Shown piece by piece: positions 60,282-64,000 of a stretch of DNA of 64,000 nt. Numbering within the stretch: the first letter of the stretch is position 1; every line of letters starts with the position of its first letter. The notes below the pieces were generated by a model, which saw nothing but the letters and a program-made list of their open reading frames with translations, did not search any database and was not told the DNA's origin. This stretch comes from Flavobacteriaceae bacterium (GTDB taxonomy: Bacteria > Bacteroidota > Bacteroidia > Flavobacteriales > Flavobacteriaceae). A program made the position numbers and the translations under genes. Where the stretch lies: assembly GCA_049623905.1 (NCBI GenBank), contig JBMZTS010000001.1:8068-72067 (forward strand). Direction: 5' to 3'.

Positions 60282-61076
60282 TTATTCTTTTGAAAAGAGC
60301 GATTCCCAATCGTTCACCTTAATGTGATCGATTTTCAGGTCGTCTAGCCCTTCTTGGTCGAAAGGATTTTCAATATAATCTTGTACGTTGTAAAGTGCCA
60401 TCAAAACAAAACTGACGACTAAAGAGAAAAGCAGTGGGATTTTGTTTAAAATAGCAAAATCGTATTCGCTAAACATGTTCTGAGAATTGTAGAGGAAGGG
60501 GGCAAAGTAGATAAATAATAAACAGTATTTTTTTAGGGAAATGGGTGTCCCATGAATTTTGATGCCTCTAATTTTCTCAGCACAGAGGAAAAGTTCGTTT
60601 TTCACCCGGATCATACTGTCCTTTTCACGCTCGTTAAATAACTCTTTATGCGAGTCAATGATCAAAAGAATATCTTTTCTATTTCTTCTAATTTCATTGA
60701 AAATATCTTCAGAATCATTCTTTACAAGGTAATCGATCAATAAAGTTTGGATAGATTGTAAGGCATTGAATAGTTCTTGATAGTGTTCTTTAGTGATCCC
60801 TTTGACGGCATAGAAAAGATTAGTCAGGTCGATTATTTTATTTCTAAATTCGAGGTAGTTGGTGATGGCCTCTTGCCTTCTTTGATAAGCGCTTGTGATA
60901 GAAAAAACCAATGGAAAAACAATTGCAATACTCATAATGGTATAATCAATTTGTATGTTGATGCTGTATTTTTCGTAAAGCATGTAGATCAATACTGTTT
61001 CCACCATGATGATTAACAAACGGTAATTGAATACAGACAAAATGGCACGCAAGTTTAATTTAAAGGAATTTTCCAT
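60282..61076 (-). CDS. Bestrophin-like membrane channel
   Basis: TM segments, AYQRR, TP, IENPFD...DDL. Confidence 0.7.
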   Translation of the reverse strand: MENSFKLNLRAILSVFNYRLLIIMVETVLIYMLYEKYSINIQIDYTIMSIAIVFPLVFSITSAYQRRQEAITNYLEFRNKIIDLTNLFYAVKGITKEHYQELFNALQSIQTLLIDYLVKNDSEDIFNEIRRNRKDILLIIDSHKELFNEREKDSMIRVKNELFLCAEKIRGIKIHGTPISLKKYCLLFIYFAPFLYNSQNMFSEYDFAILNKIPLLFSLVVSFVLMALYNVQDYIENPFDQEGLDDLKIDHIKVNDWESLFSKE

Positions 61077-61102
61077 AAGTTTTAAAACAGATAATGAAGC
61101 GA

Positions 61103-61333
61103 TTAGATGAATGTGGAGAGGCTAAGCAAATAGCCAATGGCAATCCCCAATATGAGAATAATAATATTCTTTAATTTAAAGAAGATATGAAACCTACCTT
61201 CCCAAGAATCGGGAACACCGTTGTTGTTTTCATCTTTTGCAAAACCCGATCTCGAAGAGTAAGAGGCGTACCAAAAAAAAATCATTACCAAGAGCGTAAA
61301 GAGCAATAAAGCTAATAAAATAGTATTTATCAT
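61103..61333 (-). CDS. Small two-TM protein with a DxNxNGxPD loop
   Basis: 76 aa, TM-DENNNGVPDSWE-TM. Confidence 0.7.
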   Translation of the reverse strand: MINTILLALLLFTLLVMIFFWYASYSSRSGFAKDENNNGVPDSWEGRFHIFFKLKNIIILILGIAIGYLLSLSTFI

Positions 61334-61759
61334 AATTAAATAAAGTTTTACAAAAATAACAAATATTGAGCGACTAGTAACTTTATAAGACTATGATTTT
61401 CAAAATACACGCGATTTATTGGACTTACACGCCACTTTAAATTAATAATTGTAGCGTGTCTAGCTCATTGAAGATGTGAGCTGTTGGCACTCAATTGTCA
61501 TTAAGTTTAATTAACACAAGTGCTTAATTAGTATTTCAGATTGTAAAATTCTTCTTTTTACATTACATTTATGATGAAAATACACCGTTTCATACTGTAT
61601 TCGGCGGGTTGATCACTTTACTTCGATAAGATGGAGGCATCGAGTAATTTTCCCAAACCACATACCCTCAAATCCTAAAAAATAATTACAAATCCTATAG
61701 CGTGTGCCTATTCGTTTAAATTGGTTCTCATTAAGGATTTTCATTTAAAACCATTCGAC

Positions 61760-64000
61760 ATGAAAATTTTGTTCCACATTTTGATAGTTATCTTAGTGGC
61801 AAATCCGTCAATCTATGCCCAAAAAAGAAAGAAAAAGAACGTCAAAGAAAAACAAGTCCTTCAATATCAGCATGATTATTGGAGAAATATAGGACCCTTT
61901 CGAGGGGGGAGGAGTGTTACTTCTGAAGGAGTGCTAAAGTCGCCTTCTACTTTTTATATGGGGACTACTGGAGGTGGTATTTGGAAAACCACTGATAATG
62001 GCATCAATTGGAAAAACATTTCAGATGGACAATTGGCCACAGGAACTGTGGGTGCTTTGGCTGTTTCTGAAAGCGATCCAAATATCATCATTGCTGGAAT
62101 GGGTGAACACGCAGCAAGAGGGGTTATGACTTCAATGGGCGATGGGGTCTATAAATCGGAAGATGCGGGGAAAACATGGAAACATATTGGTCTTGAAAAC
62201 TCTCGCCACATAGCCAATATTGAAATACACCCGACCAACCCAGAGGTGTTTTATGTTGCCGTACAGGGTGCACAATATGGACCTAGTAGTAGCCGCGGAA
62301 TTTATCGTACTACCGATGGAGGAAAAAATTGGAAAAAAGTTCTCTATGTTGATAAAACTGTAGGGGCAGCTTCCTTGAGTATGGATAAAAATAATCCACG
62401 CATTTTGTATGCCGCTATGTGGGACCACCTCAGGACACCATGGCAAATGCGCTCTGGTGGGCCAGGCTCAGGGATATACAAATCAACCGATGGTGGAGAC
62501 AAGTGGACGCGTCTTGAAAACGGTTTACCCAAAGAATTTGGAAAAGCAGGTGTGTCGGTTTCGCGCGCAAATTCAGAATTGCTCTATTTGAATCTTGAAG
62601 GAGAGATAGACGCCTCGGGAGTTTACCGCTCTGAAGATGCGGGAAACACATGGCAATTGGTCAATAAGGACCGTGTTACTGTCGCCCGCTCATGGTATTA
62701 TATGGAAGTGTTTGCCGATCCTCAAGACGAAAATGTTGTCTATGTCCTCAATGCTCCTGTACTAAAATCGATTGACAAAGGCAAAACATTTAAACCACTG
62801 CCAACACCTCATGGCGATAACCACCATTTATGGATTCATCCCTATGACAATACAATCATGATAAACTCTAACGACGGTGGAGCCAATGTATCGACTAATG
62901 GAGGGGTGAGCTGGAGCTCACAACAAAATCAACCGACAGCTCAATTTTATCGAGTAATTGCTGACCAGCAAGTGCCCTATCATGTCTATGGTGGTCAACA
63001 AGATAATTCTGCTATTGGGATAAAAAGTCGAACCCAAAAACGTGGTATTGATTGGAAAGACTGGTATTCTGTTGCAGGCTGTGAAAGTGCCTTTTTAGCT
63101 TTTGATCCCGAAAACCCTCAGGCCGTTTATGGCGGATGTTATCAAGGTATAATAGAAGTTTGGCAACGTAAAACCCAAAGTTCAAAAGCCATAAAAGAAT
63201 ACCCTGAATTGGCTCTTGGAAATACCCCAAAAGACTTTAAATACCGCTTCAATTGGAATGCACCCATCATAAGTGCTCCGAGTGATTCACGGGTGATTTA
63301 CCATGCTGGAAATGTGGTCTTCAAAACCACGAATGGCGGTATAGACTGGGACGTAATAAGTCCAGACCTGACCCGAAACAACAAGGCGCAACAAGGTCCG
63401 GGTGGTCTTCCTTATACCAATGAAGCCGCTGGAGGTGAAAATTACAACACCCTAATGAGTCTTTCTGCTTCAGTTTTTGATGCCAATGAACTTTGGGCAG
63501 GAAGCGATGATGGTCTTGTTCATTTGACACGCGATGGCGGTGCAACTTGGAAAAATATCACGCCCAAAGGCCTTCAAGAGGGAATTATCAACAGCATAGA
63601 ACTGTCCTCTCACCGTCCAGGGACGGCTTACATGGTCGTCATGCGCTATAAATTTATGGATCTTAAACCCTATATCTATAAAACCTCAGATTATGGGGAG
63701 AGTTGGAAACTCATCACCAACGGAATTTCAGGAAAGCACAATTTTGTTCGTGTTGTTAGGGAAGATAAAAAAGTTCCAGGGCTTCTTTATGCAGGTACAG
63801 AAACAGGCTTCTTTATTTCAAACAATGACGGAAAACAATGGAAGCACTTTCAAACCAATTTACCCGTCGTGCCTATCAACGATTTATACATTCAAGATAA
63901 CGATTTGATCGCGGCAACAGCAGGGCGCTCTTTTTGGGTTTGGGATGATTTAAGCCCTTTGCAAGAAGAGTCTAAAATATCCGAATTTCATTTGGTCACA
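61760..64000 (+). CDS. BNR/Asp-box VPS10-like glycosyl hydrolase (runs off the window end)
   Basis: Not in the ORF track. Manual translation: MKILFHIL...WRNIGPFRGGRS...WKTTDNGINW...YKSEDAGKTW, with many S/TxDxGxxW repeats. Confidence 0.9.
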   Translation, partial: MKILFHILIVILVANPSIYAQKRKKKNVKEKQVLQYQHDYWRNIGPFRGGRSVTSEGVLKSPSTFYMGTTGGGIWKTTDNGINWKNISDGQLATGTVGALAVSESDPNIIIAGMGEHAARGVMTSMGDGVYKSEDAGKTWKHIGLENSRHIANIEIHPTNPEVFYVAVQGAQYGPSSSRGIYRTTDGGKNWKKVLYVDKTVGAASLSMDKNNPRILYAAMWDHLRTPWQMRSGGPGSGIYKSTDGGDKWTRLENGLPKEFGKAGVSVSRANSELLYLNLEGEIDASGVYRSEDAGNTWQLVNKDRVTVARSWYYMEVFADPQDENVVYVLNAPVLKSIDKGKTFKPLPTPHGDNHHLWIHPYDNTIMINSNDGGANVSTNGGVSWSSQQNQPTAQFYRVIADQQVPYHVYGGQQDNSAIGIKSRTQKRGIDWKDWYSVAGCESAFLAFDPENPQAVYGGCYQGIIEVWQRKTQSSKAIKEYPELALGNTPKDFKYRFNWNAPIISAPSDSRVIYHAGNVVFKTTNGGIDWDVISPDLTRNNKAQQGPGGLPYTNEAAGGENYNTLMSLSASVFDANELWAGSDDGLVHLTRDGGATWKNITPKGLQEGIINSIELSSHRPGTAYMVVMRYKFMDLKPYIYKTSDYGESWKLITNGISGKHNFVRVVREDKKVPGLLYAGTETGFFISNNDGKQWKHFQTNLPVVPINDLYIQDNDLIAATAGRSFWVWDDLSPLQEESKISEFHLVT

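Noticed and set aside
62132-63908. Short ORFs listed in the track near the window end
   Set aside because: They lie within the long open frame starting at 61760, which the track missed because it has no stop in the window.

Overview
Gene-dense window from a Bacteroidota genome, most likely a streamlined marine Flavobacteriaceae. This is inferred from TAnnTTTG promoters, a T9SS substrate, TonB receptors and the lack of Shine-Dalgarno sites. 1-29 kb is mainly housekeeping (mtaB, rpmH, carB, purB, deaD, rdgB, rlmH, priA, rpsF-rpsR-rplI, hisS, trxB) plus a cobalamin-riboswitch B12 uptake locus. 29-39 kb holds a 3069-aa T9SS surface protein with TSP3-like and Ig-like repeats and three domains inserted into its repeats, one of them a circularly permuted C-type lectin. 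40.7-57.8 kb is a roughly 17-kb lipid catabolic locus and the best candidate for an undescribed system. It has a SusD-less TonB receptor with very hydrophobic loops, a lactonase-like propeller, an acyl-CoA ligase, a split ACAD10/11 (LvaA/LvaC-like) kinase-dehydrogenase pair, R-specific beta-oxidation enzymes, a thiolase and a TetR regulator. The end of the window has an ECF sigma/anti-sigma unit with a duplicated promoter, a bestrophin-like gene and a truncated BNR/VPS10 glycosyl hydrolase. No rRNA, tRNA, CRISPR or IS element was recognised. All family calls come from motif recognition by eye, not database searches.
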